A DNA stretch of 64,000 nt from Perkinsus chesapeaki ATCC PRA-425 (lineage: Eukaryota; Protista; Perkinsozoa), in contig JAAPAO010000031.1 of assembly GCA_013115145.1 (NCBI GenBank), forward strand, positions 1-64,000. Reading direction: 5' to 3'. The position numbers and the translations under genes were made by a program. Positions 1-12,180 of the stretch are shown piece by piece (position 1 is the first letter of the stretch; every line of letters starts with the position of its first letter). The notes under the pieces are model-generated. The model saw only the letters and a program-made list of their open reading frames with translations. It was not told the origin of the DNA and did not search any database.

Positions 1-130
1 CGATCATACGAAGTGCGCTGTCTACATTTACAGGTTTCGCGGTTACCATCAACTCAAGAGCCATCGAGGAGGCTACACCGGGTGAAACATTGACTCGAGG
101 AAAAATCGTAGCAATAGACTTGACGCTTGA

Positions 131-3100
131 TCATTCACTGTCACTCTCGAGGCCAAGATCCTTCTGAACCATCTTCCGACATATGGGGTGATAAAATAGC
201 TTATGTTCTTCAAATGTTCTCTTAGCGAGGTCGGGGTCAACTTGGGCTAAGGCTCTGGAGACATAGTGGAATTCCTCAGACGCTATGAGTGTTCCTTACC
301 TATAGAGGGTTCTCGTAAATTTCATTCGTCCTTGCTCTGTAACAAGCTTCACCGCCTCTTGTTTGGCTCCATCCCATCCCGAGGAAAGAGCAAGTTGGAT
401 AAAATCACAGCGAACCTATCGATAACTTTTGAACTCCCATCATCGCTCAAGGCCAACCTCGCAGTTTGTATTTAGGAACCCATAGGCATCGTTCATCTTC
501 TTCACGACTTCTGCGGCATATCGCCCTTCTTCGAACCTGTCAACTCTGAAGGCCAATCCTGGTGACAGTAAAGCTTACTTTCCATCATTTATAAGCGTGT
601 TGAGCATGATGCACTTCTTGGCGCTTGGCCATTCTCGAACCCCAGCGCACTCTGGGATACTCCCATTATGGGCCGCTTTCTCCCATTCCACTGCAAGGGC
701 CGTGGCCGCCTCTACCGGTTGAGGATCATACGGTGGTTTGTACTCGGGCATTCCAGGCGTGTAAAAAAGCTTCTGCCAATCAGGCTGTTGTGGTATCTAG
801 GCCGGCCGTGATGGTTGCGAGATACAAGACTGCTCCTCACTTTATCCTTGAACTCCTGCATAAAGAAATTGGCAAACTGCTGGCTGGTGACCGTCGAGCC
901 AGCAAATGCATTGAAGTACTTCTGCACAAACGATTGGAAGATCTCATGGCCGCCAACGAGTTCTTGTAAATACCTGATCAGTTACCGACGCTCTACAAAA
1001 ACACTCAACCTGAACCTACCATAATAGACTAGCTCCCTTCTCGTATGGTACAGTCGAGAAGGAATCGTCAGGGTCAACCCCACTTGATAGATCGGGAACG
1101 AGGCATGTGAAGTTGTGGTCGGGACCAATCCTGAGGCATTCGTTGTCTCGCTGGTTCGAAGAAGACACACACCTTTCAGCACATTGGGTCAGAGCCTGCC
1201 AACCACTCTCGGCGCGTAAAGCACCACGCTCCTCGCCAAAGCAGCGCTCGACAATTTTCCGTTCGATGAAGCAAGTCATTCCCTCGTTGAGCCAGAAATG
1301 CTCCCAGTTTCCTGATGAGACCAATGATGAGAGTGATGACGGCAGATCTTCGGCAGTACTGTTAGTAACGAGATTGCCACTCCAGCTGTGAGCTATCTCA
1401 TTGGCAATCACATCAACTTGACTGCGGTCTCCAGCAAGGAGGGTTGGTGTAACAAATGTGAGGCAGGGGTTCTCCATGCCTCCATAAGGGAAGGAGGGGG
1501 GCACAACAAAAAGGTCGTAACTGATTGGAAGTGTGACTGGAGGAACCTGTTCTGTCCGAAAACGTACACGCCGAATCTGTATGGGCCGCATAACTCTTCA
1601 GCGGTCGAAAGTATCTTCTCGGTCTCTTCGAACTCCCACTGAGCTTTGTCCACCACAGAAGGCTCAGCCCACACTGTTGAGCCTGGATGAACAAGGGTGA
1701 TCAAAAATCCTAGTGAGCTGTATTAACAACCTACGCGGACCGAGGCGCCTTCCTGCTAGTTCGCCGCAAACGATGGCAATAAGATACGGTGGGATGGCCA
1801 CGTCTTGGCGGAAAGTATGGGCTGACCAAAGCCCGGAGAAAGCAGGAGGTGTAGTTGATACACCAAAGTCATTCGGTGGCTGAGGGACTAAACTTTCAAG
1901 ATGCCACGCTGCTAGCCTACCTGGCACCGGTGACCTCCAGATGTTTGCCGAATAGCAGACATCAAACAGAATAGCTCAGTTGGTGCGCGAATACGAGCGG
2001 AGTAGGTTACCTGAGAGAGAGGCGTTGAAGGGATATGTAAGTGCAACTGTGCTCAGTTCCTTAACAGTAGTGGGTGCTGGGGCAAGGAGTCGCTCGTGAG
2101 CCCTCCTCTGCTACCGAGGGCGACTATGAACTTCCTTACCTTGCAGTTGCAACCATCTTGCAAGGGGACCATGGCTCTGGCATGGATAGCTTCGCATTGT
2201 GAAAACAGAAATGGATATTTGCCTCCTGAAGTCTGCTCCTTGGTCAGGAACTGCAGGGCAGAGCTGTCACTCGACGTGGCATACGCCACACGGACGAACA
2301 ACTGTTGGCCGGCCAGGCACGTAGGAGGCAAAGTAATACGTAAAGGTGTGCCCAGGACAGGATCCTGAAATAGAAATTACTGATAAACGGCGGCGGCCGA
2401 GAAGAGTAACAGAACGATTGACTTCACGCCTGGGGAGAAATATCGGACGAAGGACACGAAATGACAGGACGAGGGAACTGTCGAGTAGCTGCAGAGGATG
2501 AGATTCAAATGTGACCCGCGATGCCAAACTTGAGGACTCGAGCATTTACCGAACTCTTGTGAAGTTAATTTTGGATACTGGCTGATTCAATATTAATTAA
2601 TCAATGCAAAGTCAGAAATCTTCTCGCCTCGGTTTCATTTATAATGTAAGAGTTACTGCTTCACTTGCCTTGCGATCCTCCTCTAATTCATACGGCAATT
2701 CTTGTAGGATATAAGGTGCCGATGATCCAGGTATGACAGGCGGGTGCGCTGTCACCAAATAAACCTTGAACGGGATAATGTGGTTTAAGTGCAAGTGGTT
2801 GTACGCTTACTTGTCGGATCTGTAGGTCTCTGGTGTCTAACACCAATTCACAAGGCCCAGCAGTATTAGGTACACAGGTGATGTCCACTCGGCCGACCAG
2901 CCGTGTAGACTCGAAATCGACGGCGAGGTCGAGGTCAAGATGTACCTTATGGCAGAGGAATCTTCAGGTCGAGCATGCATCTAGCGCCATACCATCTTTG
3001 CGCGGCCCATTCCCAAAGGTTCGCTCAAGCTCGAAGGGTCATCGTTGTGGTCCTCAGTGTCGACCTCCTCCGCATCTCCGTTCATCTCCTGAAACGATAC

Positions 3101-3469
3101 GTTACGGAATCAAGGCCATCATAGGGAATCGACGTGGTCATAGACTTCATCACTTACTCGACATGAACTCGCTATTAGTGTGGTAGTCGTAGGCGCGCTG
3201 GTAGGCACCGCAGCGAACTACAGCCAAATCCCCATGGACGCCTTAAACGAGAAGGCTCACCTGAAGGCCGCCAAAAGCAGGCTGCTGGTACATTAAGGGC
3301 ACCTGCTGAGGTACGGGTCCAGAGGGGTTCGCCACTGGCACCTAAGCAAGATAAAATAAAGAGATGGAAGCGACTAGGAGGCTACCAAAGTGTAATACTG
3401 TTGCTGGTGAGGGTCGAACAAAGTGGGGGCCTGCATGGGCGCTTGCTGTTGTTGATAGCTAGGGAACAT
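131..3469 (-). CDS. LTA4H: Leukotriene A4 hydrolase-type M1 zinc aminopeptidase, multi-exon; core ~131-3087 plus a probable Q/P-rich N-terminal extension
   Basis: Spliced peptides [137 protein letters not shown]. Stop TGA at 131-133. Short GT-AG introns join the frames. Confidence 0.92.
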
Positions 3470-3657
3470 TATTTCAGAAATGCTGTCGTTGAAAGAGGCA
3501 GCGGCAAAACTGCGGAAAGAACGGTATAAAGCAGCATAACACGAGACGGGCTCTGTCGGGGCTAGAGGAACAGTTACTATGATAGTATTGTGGTGAATCG
3601 TGAGGTTAGTAAGACGTGTAGAGGTTCAACAATACGAAGTTATCGACGTAGCGCTCT

Positions 3658-6600
3658 CTATAGCTCATCATCGTCATCGCCATTCTCCGCAGGGATATCG
3701 GCCGGGCCTATAGGTGGAGCTAACAGTGCTCTTATCTCGTCAATGGGCATACCTTTATCGTTCAGCGTGAGACCGTCCAGCAACTCAGCCAAGTCCACTT
3801 CGGGAGCCTCGTTCTCCTGACAGAAAGCGGCAGCCTTAAACCAGCAGCGGTTCCACAGCCTAAACTCACATCATCGTCATCCTCTTCCTCTTCGCGCGAA
3901 GGTGCAGCTGCTGGTTCCTTCCAAGCAGGATCACGGAACAAGTTAATCTAGAATGAACCCCTTGCAACGGCTAAGCATAGCGACTCCCCCACCTCCTGTC
4001 GAAGATCCTTGTCCTCTTCGATATCCCTCATGAACTGCTCGTAATCGCCGTCATTTGACTCCTCACCTGAATGAGACCATAAATGAGCAAAAAACAGATA
4101 CGGTAATAGAAGGAAAGGATGAAGTATACTAGTGCCTCAGGAGGGACGCACTCGAGACGCGTGCGTCATCATTCGACCAGTTCAATGTCCCGCCTAAAAA
4201 TTTGCATTCGCCTGTTTTTCCATGTAGACAGGTGAAGACTTTCAAGGTACTCCCCGTTGTCCCGGTTGGTGCTTCAGTGAAGCTAGTGCGTGCAAGCAAA
4301 CGCGGCGAAAGCCTCATCGCAGTGCCCCACGATGCCAAGTCCACAAGAGCATCTGACGCTCAGATGCTTACCTCCAGCGTCCTCTCTCTCCAACCTTCTC
4401 AATATCCATGGGCGCTTGCGCTGGCGATGTCTGGTGTAGGTCTTTTTGACAATAATAACATCCAAGTTGGTCTTCTCGAGCATCTCCTCATCAATACCGG
4501 AAACATTCACCGTGCGAAGATCATACCTGCTCCAAGATGAATCCTGAGCTGAGCTACGATGACACCTATTTTTCGGCAAGCACTAATTATCCTACTTCCC
4601 AGCACTCTCTATGTGCGATGAAGCCTGGGCTATCGGCTATCTGACTCTACCCACAAATCTCATCTATTGATAAGTATAAAATTTGGAGAAAGTAATGATT
4701 GCGAATGAACTCGACTATTATATTTCTTCAATCGCTCGTTTCTGTACAGCAAGAAGTGTTGTACAATGGAAGCTTACAAGAGCAACTCACCCAGCACAGA
4801 GATCTCCCGGTTGGAGCACGCCGCCCAGATGAGAGCGAACTGTGATGATCTCCGGGTCACCAGCGGCTGCCTCCCCGCAGTCTTGCGTGCCTGAACCAAG
4901 CTGGCCTCGGCAAAGTGAGCGTCCTTACGCATGAGCTCCAAGTCAACCATATTGTAAGTTTTAGCGCCGCGCTTGTTGAAGGCAGAGCCGCGGGCTGGGC
5001 CGATATCCTCATCGACGTTTAGGACGGTAAATTCCACCAAGTGACGGCGAGTGAGAAGAGGATCGAAGGGGTTCTTCCAGTACCTGTCGAAGACTGTAGT
5101 GGACCGCTACAGGAGGAATTGAGACAATTAAGTATAAGGGATATAGTTTAATAATTGTGTTGGATATCAGAGCAAGTAGTCCGAATAGCAGCTCCACAAA
5201 ACTTTCGAGACCAATTGTGAGCAGCGATAAAATCTGCAGTGTCGAGAACACTTCGACCTAGCAGCAGGTTGGACGGTTTCATGTCTACGAGTTTCATGGT
5301 CTCTGACCACACCTTCTGTATTGAACCATACGTGGAGATCAAGCGACTTACTCTATTCCAGCGAGATCTGATACCTTCCCGGTCAGAGGGTCTACCAAAC
5401 GGATCTGACTAGATACCTGAAATGGCAGACACCATCGACCCTATCATACCACTGCGGACCTTACCTTCGTGACAACTTGAATGGGGTTTACTCCGCCCAG
5501 TTTATTCTTCAATGCCTTCGGCAAGAACACCACATCATCCTTGCACACTGGGCACATATCAACCAGCGTTGTATACTTATAGTTGTACCTGCATACCAAC
5601 TTTTCGTCAAATCTCGAGTCGGTATGGCACTTACGTTGTGTTGTGGGAATCATGACTGATAAGATGCTTGCTCTGCTTCACTCTAGAAGGCACCTATCAT
5701 CACCATCAATCCCCTACTAGCACCCCATCCTACTTGACTGAGCACGAATTCTGTGAACTTCTGAGCGTGGCTCCGATGGCCAAAGTGGAAGTCCAAACCA
5801 TCCGGAGTTCGCTTGATACCAACGACCTTTTCGTGAGCATCGTGCTTGAGAATGAGCTGCTCCAAGTAGTAGAAGGTTCGCTTGTGGTCGGTCTTCTGTC
5901 GGACTTGGACCTATTAGAAATGACCCGCAGTGAATTAACACGATTGCACACACGATAGACAGTGTGTGCAAATTTGGTTTACAAATTTGTTTGTACACCA
6001 GCTTGAGAAACATAAACAACAGCTCAAGCAATCACGCGAAGTTACACTTGTTGTAAAGGAAGCCTGCTAGATAGCCAGGCACACAAACGTCCCTATAACA
6101 CAGCCCAGAATGAGAGACCTTGGCATCACTGTTAAGAGGAGGAGGAGGCATGACGATAAAAGGTAATCGTTTGAGAGCTAACTCCGTCACTAGATAAGCC
6201 AACCCTTCTTACCGAAGCGTTCCATGTGTGAGGTGTATACGTACGTTTGCAGTCGTCACATTGCTGCCAGGCAACCTAAAAGGAATCTTACTAGCTCTAA
6301 CCTTATGATCGCTGCCGAGACTCACAATGAAATCAACTATCATAGACTGCTGCATGATAGCGCCGTTCATGACTTCCTTCTGGACGGTCAACTTAACCTT
6401 CATCCTCTTACTCGTTGGTGCTTGCCAGATCTAACAGCATCACTCCACAACAAATCGCTATGGAATTGCTACGAAGTTGGCGTCCACCAGCTTCACCTTA
6501 TTGAGGCCTTTAATCTTCTTAAGGCAGATCCCCAATAGCTCTCGAGACTCCGGCTCGCAGGCAACCCACGGGGGCCTCTGGTACCTGTTATAGGTACTAA

Positions 6601-6827
6601 TCCGACTGGGCCCGAAAGAGAGCTTACCGGTTGCACTCCCGGCAGTAGTTCACAACGGCCTGCTTGGAGATACCCTCAGTAATATCAACTTCCCCCTTCA
6701 TGCAGTTAACACACATGTTGGACTGGTTCGGCTGCATCGACGCGCCACAGACACAACAGAGGACCTGACGACAACCGTCACTGTGGGCCGCCAAGAGGAT
6801 GCCACCTACATTAGCGTAACGGGGCAT
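3658..6827 (-). CDS. NMD3: 60S ribosomal export adaptor NMD3, multi-exon
   Basis: VLCCVCGASMQPNQSNMCVNC, QCDDCKRTYTPHTWNAS-VQVRQKTDHKRTFYYLEQLILKH, YNYKYTTLVDMCPVCKDD, TVRSHLGGVLQPGDLCAGYDL, VIIVKKTYTRHRQRKRPW, DYEQFMRDIEEDKDLRQEINLF. Acidic tail ends at TAG 3658-3660. Start ATG 6827 (MPRYAN) is probable. Confidence 0.93.
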
Positions 6828-6991
6828 TTCGTCTTGAGCTGAAGTTGGTTGAGCGACACTGGAATTAAAGGATCTCTTACGGGACATTACCAACCACACA
6901 GCTGTGAAAGAAGATCACACCGCCCCACAGCCACAACAAAGGCAAAAAGAATCGGAACAGTTGAAACCATAGAGATGATATGTATTAGTAT

Positions 6992-9616
6992 TCAGAGCTC
7001 ACCGAGCCCGGCGCTGCTTCCCGAGTAGCCGTGGCGACCGGATCTCCCGCTTGTTCTATTATAAATGATGATTCTGATCGAACGCCTTCTATAAGATGCT
7101 TCTCCCATACCTCACCTCAAACACACGTAGATCGCTAAGAAGACACCAGCCAGGGCCAACACTGCAGTAGTCTTGCTGAAAGGTCGAGCCCGACGGTCCA
7201 ACTCTCGAGTTCGCTCTTCCTCAGCCTGCCGCTCAGCCTACAAACAACAATGCCTTCGTGAAACCAATTTCTGCGGTGTTACTTCAGCAATTTTTTCAAA
7301 GTGTTCTTCCACCGTGGCCAAGAACTTCTCTCTTTCCTCGCGATCTTTAACTCCCATTCTTCTCAAGTCCTTCTCCGTAAGCCGTTTCACTTCGGCAACA
7401 TATCTGATACCAAACGAGTCCATCCGAAAGAAACACGTGGTATCTACTTGAATTTCCTGGCGAACAAGATATCCACCAGATCATCGAGACCGTTCTCTCT
7501 CAGGAAGGCTGTGAGCTCCGAGTGATCCTTCTCTGTCTCCAATTTGTGTGCTTTACGCTCCTCCTTCTGATGCCTCTCCCTGTCCCTCATCCGACGGCTA
7601 ACCTTGAATGAATACAAAACATATATATCAAGACCTCAATTCACTCGGCTTCAAGTTCTGGCTGTCCGACAATCCCAAACCCGCAAACGATGCCATGGCG
7701 TGGCATATTATCTAACCGAAGCGATTAGTTAACTAGTATTAAGTACTCATCAAATGAATTCATACGGCGATTACTGTATTTCGGTGGACTCGAAAGTGGT
7801 TGGAGCTACCACGGAAAGCCGGAAAATGTACAACCGAGATCAAGCGATTGGTCTATGTCAGCTGCTCAATATCATATCGAGCCTTACAGAAGCTTCTCAT
7901 CACCAATAGTAATGACCATGCATTCAGCAGCAGATACCATCGAGCCCCACTTCCCGTGATATCCCACCTCCTCCTGTTCCACCATCTTCTCTGCTACTCC
8001 CTGAGCTGTTTGCCCCGCATTATTTTTTATACTCTTGTCAGCTCCGCCCTCCAACAGGAGTGCCTCGACCGCTGACATATTCTAACACCACGCTTCCTTC
8101 ACAGTTTCGATCGGCTTTTCTTACATTTCTAACAGCGATATGGAGCGCTGTGTTCCCCTCCTCATCACGGACATTAGCGTCAGCCTTCCCGGTGTCTATA
8201 AGAAGCTGCACTGCGTTCGCCATCCGCCTGAAATAGCCCAGCACTCCGTCACTGCGCCACAAAATTAAAGCACTCACATTTTGACTGCAACTAGCAGTGG
8301 GGTTTCCCCGGATTCATTTTTCTTGTTCAGATCGAGATGCTCTAGCAGCCCCGACTCTGGCGAGAGCACCGCGTAGACTGCTTCTTGCTGGCCTTCCAGG
8401 AGGCCCACATGGAGAGGGGTATCTAATGACGGAGACTTCATCTTAAGACTCACTGGAGACCGGTAGTACTTCCTTCCTCGTCGATCGCCGAAAAAATACA
8501 AGGATCGGCCTTGCTGAGGACTTTGATAACTGATGGCTCATTCAGCCTACCTGATGATGACCCAGTATATCAAGCAAAGATTCTCAGGAGGTCACTCTGA
8601 TGACAGCCGCCCAAGTTGCATACATAGATTCAAGATCAAACTCCAAGTAGCGCAGTGCCACCCTTGACCTCCGCGTTAGTGCGATGAAGCCTGTCTCAAA
8701 GTTCCTTAAACCCCCGGTCATTTCCGCCTCTCAAGCCCCAACCTTCATTCGGCGCGAGAACCCTACAGCTGCATCACGGAAGTCCAAACGATATCCCGAT
8801 TCCTTGTCATCATACTAAAAAGTTATATCCAAACGGGCTTTGTCGACCAGAAGCCCTCGAGAGTGCCCGGAAAGCCCTCACCTCCGTCCTACAGGCCCAG
8901 TGTGCCACATTTTGGCCTCCCTCATCGGTCGCCTTCAAATTCGCTCCTCGCTTGATCAGCGGCACCACTGCTGACCCTCCATGGCGGACCGCGTGGATCT
9001 GAGGTTGCCAATGATACAGGAATTTCATACAGGCGCTTACTATCGGAGGCAGACCCATCTCCTCATCAGGTACATTAACAGCAACCTTCTTATTCTCCAG
9101 CACTGCCGATAGTATCTACCTCAGAGGCAGCATGAAGACAATAGAAATTTGACCAATCGCTCGAGCTACTAGCGAGGACTATCTGCATACTGATTACGAA
9201 GCTCTAACTAATCATCGAATATTGTAAAACTCGTCCGCGTTTGGTCGAGGTCCTAAAGTGAGCGGTCCAAAACGACCAGAAGCACTTCCACCGTGGTCAA
9301 AGGTGGTGGAGGTTTGATAACGCCGGGAGATGAAAAGCTGTATCACTAAATGCCGTATGAAATTCTGATCCAGCGCACCCCTGTTCCTAAATGTAAATAT
9401 CGGGTCCAACTAAAAGTAGGTCCCAAAATTATGATACACTCTCAGTAACTACCATATCACCTCATCATCCTCGCACTCTATCGCCGCTATTAGCGGAGTG
9501 ATGCCCCTCTTGCCGACACCGTTAGCATTCTTAACCCAACTGAGTTGCCGGGTAACCTCACCAGCGGAGCCTCCTTTTAGGATGGTCTTCACCAAGGAAT
9601 CGACCGTTGCCGACAT
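6992..9616 (-). CDS. Ankyrin-repeat protein with a C-terminal SAM domain and a predicted transmembrane tail
   Basis: Ankyrin motifs GITPLIAAI, GQNVAHWAC, DTPLHVGL, GETPLLVAV, GNTALHIAV, GADKSIKNNAGQTA. SAM-like LTAFLRENGLDDLVDILF..LTEKDLRRMGVKDREEREKFL. Hydrophobic TAVLALAGVFLAIYVCLRIII. Stop at 6992-6994. Confidence 0.85.
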
Positions 9617-9757
9617 GCCGAGGTAAAAAACTACAGGTACAGGTTCGAGCCCCACCAGGGGCGTTTTCTCAACCCGAGGAATTGCGCACAGACACCAAGG
9701 GTACGGAAATGATACTATGCAACAGGGGACAATGATAACACAATTAATAGAGGGACC

Positions 9758-10111
9758 TCAAAGATCTTTTCGACTCCGGCAGTCTGGCACGCTTTCACCG
9801 CGTGGGCCGCTCTCCTTAGACTGAGGAATCCCGTTGTGCTGTATAAGCCCTAGACGCGGCCAGATGTGAGCCTCGCAGAAGCTCACCCAGGTCGGTATGA
9901 TACACTGGGAGAAGAGATAGGTGAGTAGCCAGCAGAAGGCATACCTGAAGGAGGCCATGGGGGCACTGTGGAGAGAGCAGGACCTACTGGACAGGCCTAT
10001 ACAGCTTGCCAAAATGCCGGAGGGGTCCTGAAGGAATGATGACATAACAGCGAGCAGCGACCAACGAGTAAAAGTGTCCAACAGGTAAGGCGTCGCGATT
10101 AACAGCACCAT
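9758..10111 (-). CDS. Hypothetical small membrane protein (117 aa ORF, may be spliced)
   Basis: Open frame from an ATG with hydrophobic stretches (RYAFCWLLTYLFSQCII); no recognised family. Confidence 0.3.
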   Translation of the reverse strand: MVLLIATPYLLDTFTRWSLLAVMSSFLQDPSGILASCIGLSSRSCSLHSAPMASFRYAFCWLLTYLFSQCIIPTWVSFCEAHIWPRLGLIQHNGIPQSKESGPRGESVPDCRSRKDL

Positions 10112-10361
10112 CTTTAGTGATGGTAGAATCAGATTATAAAGAGTTTAATGTTACCTCCGCGATAGAGCTATCGCACTGCGAGAAAAGTTTCCTCGCAACA
10201 TTCGGACATTAGTATGAACTCTATAACGTTCACTCGACACTACTCCGTCAGAATTATATTATCCCACGGAGCATTTGTAAAAGGTGTATCACTACGAGTT
10301 TATACACGGCAACCTATTGAACGCCTATACCGTGCTAATTACTATAAAGCTCTGAGCTAGA

Positions 10362-10399
10362 TAACTTGCCCAGTTCAACTTGGTGAGCTGGGCAAGTTA
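10362..10399. repeat. 16-bp inverted repeat with a 6-nt loop
   Basis: taacttgcccagttca (10362-10377) and tgagctgggcaagtta (10384-10399): 15 Watson-Crick pairs plus one T-G pair on the + strand. Confidence 0.9.
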
Positions 10400-10705
10400 A
10401 AACAGGACGCTGCGAATGTGATGTAAAGGTGTTTACTATTCAATATACCAACCTCCCAGCGCTGACAGCATGACCAAGTTTCGGTGACAAGGATTAAACG
10501 ATAGCTCTTAATAAGTGGGCCCCTCAAGCCTCATGGAAATGTACTCTTCCGCGATCAAAATACGTTTCTAATACGAAGGAGTTTCGTTAAAAATTTTGTA
10601 CCTAGAGCGAAAGCAAACACCAAACGCTTTACCTCCAGTGAGGACAAGGAGATGGCTATCAGTGAGAGGGCTTCCGCATTAGTTGAGGCTCACCGAAGTC
10701 AACCT

Positions 10706-12166
10706 TCAAGAGCCGAAAAGTGATTCTAATGCGAAGAAGATGTGTCCCCAGAGTAAAAGGAAAAAACCGACGCTCTCTCTCCGGTAAGGTCTGATGTTTC
10801 TCAATGGCCTCCCTGCCTCCTCGAGCCCTCACCTCCAGGTGGATGAGTTTGATAGTTGATCTGCACTAAAACTACAAAATGAATGGGTTGTAGTATACAG
10901 CAATGGAACACCGCTGCAAAGGAATAGCAAAACCAAAGACGAGGCTTGAATATGGGGTAACTGTAGGAGATATTACCGCGCGCCACGAAATTAAGACTTA
11001 CGTTCGGAGCGCTATGAGGACGAATGGAGCTAGAACGAGTAGCCAATGTTCCAAATAGAAATGGAATATTTCTGAGAACATGAAGCTCATCGAACAAGCA
11101 TCGAAACCGTCGAAAGATTCTCGGTGATAAAGATTCCCGACAGGTTGATAGAGAAGCTTACCTAAAGGATACTGTCGCTTATAGTATTCCTCCATCTCCG
11201 CAAACACCAAAGCCAATGCTACTCCCCACATGAGGTGGAGGTAAACGTTAAAGAAGTACATCGAAAACTTCGATCGCCGAGACCAATAGATAGCGGCAAG
11301 TAGGATACAGAAAACCTAAGGGCGGTGCGAAATGGCGGAAGGGAAGGACTGTTACATGACAGGGCTGTAAGAGGAACCAGTTGGCCATCACGTCCGCGGA
11401 GGGAGAGTTTTCGCGGCGCGCAAGAATTGCTGTGGCGCATTTGTAGCATATAGCTCCCAGAGCTAGGAGGGTTGTTGCTATCGCATTGAGGAGCTCTACC
11501 AAGTCTGACAAGGGAAAATGAGTAACGACTAAGACGGATAGAAATGAAGAACACTCGGCTGGAACAACTTCTACAAGAAGCTACGTTTAAAAATGACATT
11601 TTTCGCATTTTTTCCGCAAAAATTCTGCGCCATCCGCAGATTCAGGACCCACTTCGCCCAGCAGGTATCTTACTCATTTTCCCACCATCATCCCTCGCAG
11701 GTGCTCGAACTTCCCAACGGCCTCTGAAACAGCAATGGGGTAATCAGCACCTCCTGAGCAGCGCCTACCTCATCAGGCCACCGACAATGGAGCCGATAAA
11801 GAGAATGGAGTAGAAAAAGTAACCGAAAAGTTGCTGCTGAGGTGAAAGATACCACGAAGCAAATCGATCGTCCCCTCTGGAGTTGGCACCTCCAGTGCTG
11901 TTAGCTTCCTGAATGAGAGCATTACCGCGCGCCATAAAATTCCCACTTACCAAGGAGAGATCTGGCTGGCAGGAAAACAGCCAATCCGCAGCCTTTCTGA
12001 AGGGCTCAAATGTGATGGAAGGTATCCCCAGTTTTTCCTCATGCTCGAGGTACTCCTCCTTGGTCAGCGCGTTAGGGACGCCTGCACACAAAAACTGTCT
12101 CCTCCGTAGGAATTCGATACCGCTCGGCATACAGGAGGGCCGCACAAAAATTATCCATTGCTTCAT
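10706..12166 (-). CDS. TMEM164: TMEM164-family membrane protein, multi-exon
   Basis: FASWYLSPQQQLF; WFLLQPCH joined via a 40-nt intron to VFCILLAAIYWSRRSKFSMYFFNVYLHLMWG; FYLEHWLLVLAPFVLI; FHCCILQPI; INYQTHPP. These match the TMEM164 motif order as I recall it. Ends approximate. Confidence 0.72.
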
Positions 12167-12180
12167 GCTCAGGCGAGCTC

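Noticed and set aside
36-167. Plus-strand open frame after a cag acceptor, overlapping the LTA4H stop convergently
   Set aside because: Only 43 codons, cut by the window edge, with no recognisable motif.
9641-9667. tRNA-like 3' fragment ggttcgagccccaccaggggcg followed by tttt
   Set aside because: The T stem does not pair, no matching 5' acceptor strand (GCCCCTG) or D/anticodon arms exist upstream, and that space overlaps the ankyrin gene start. At most a relic.
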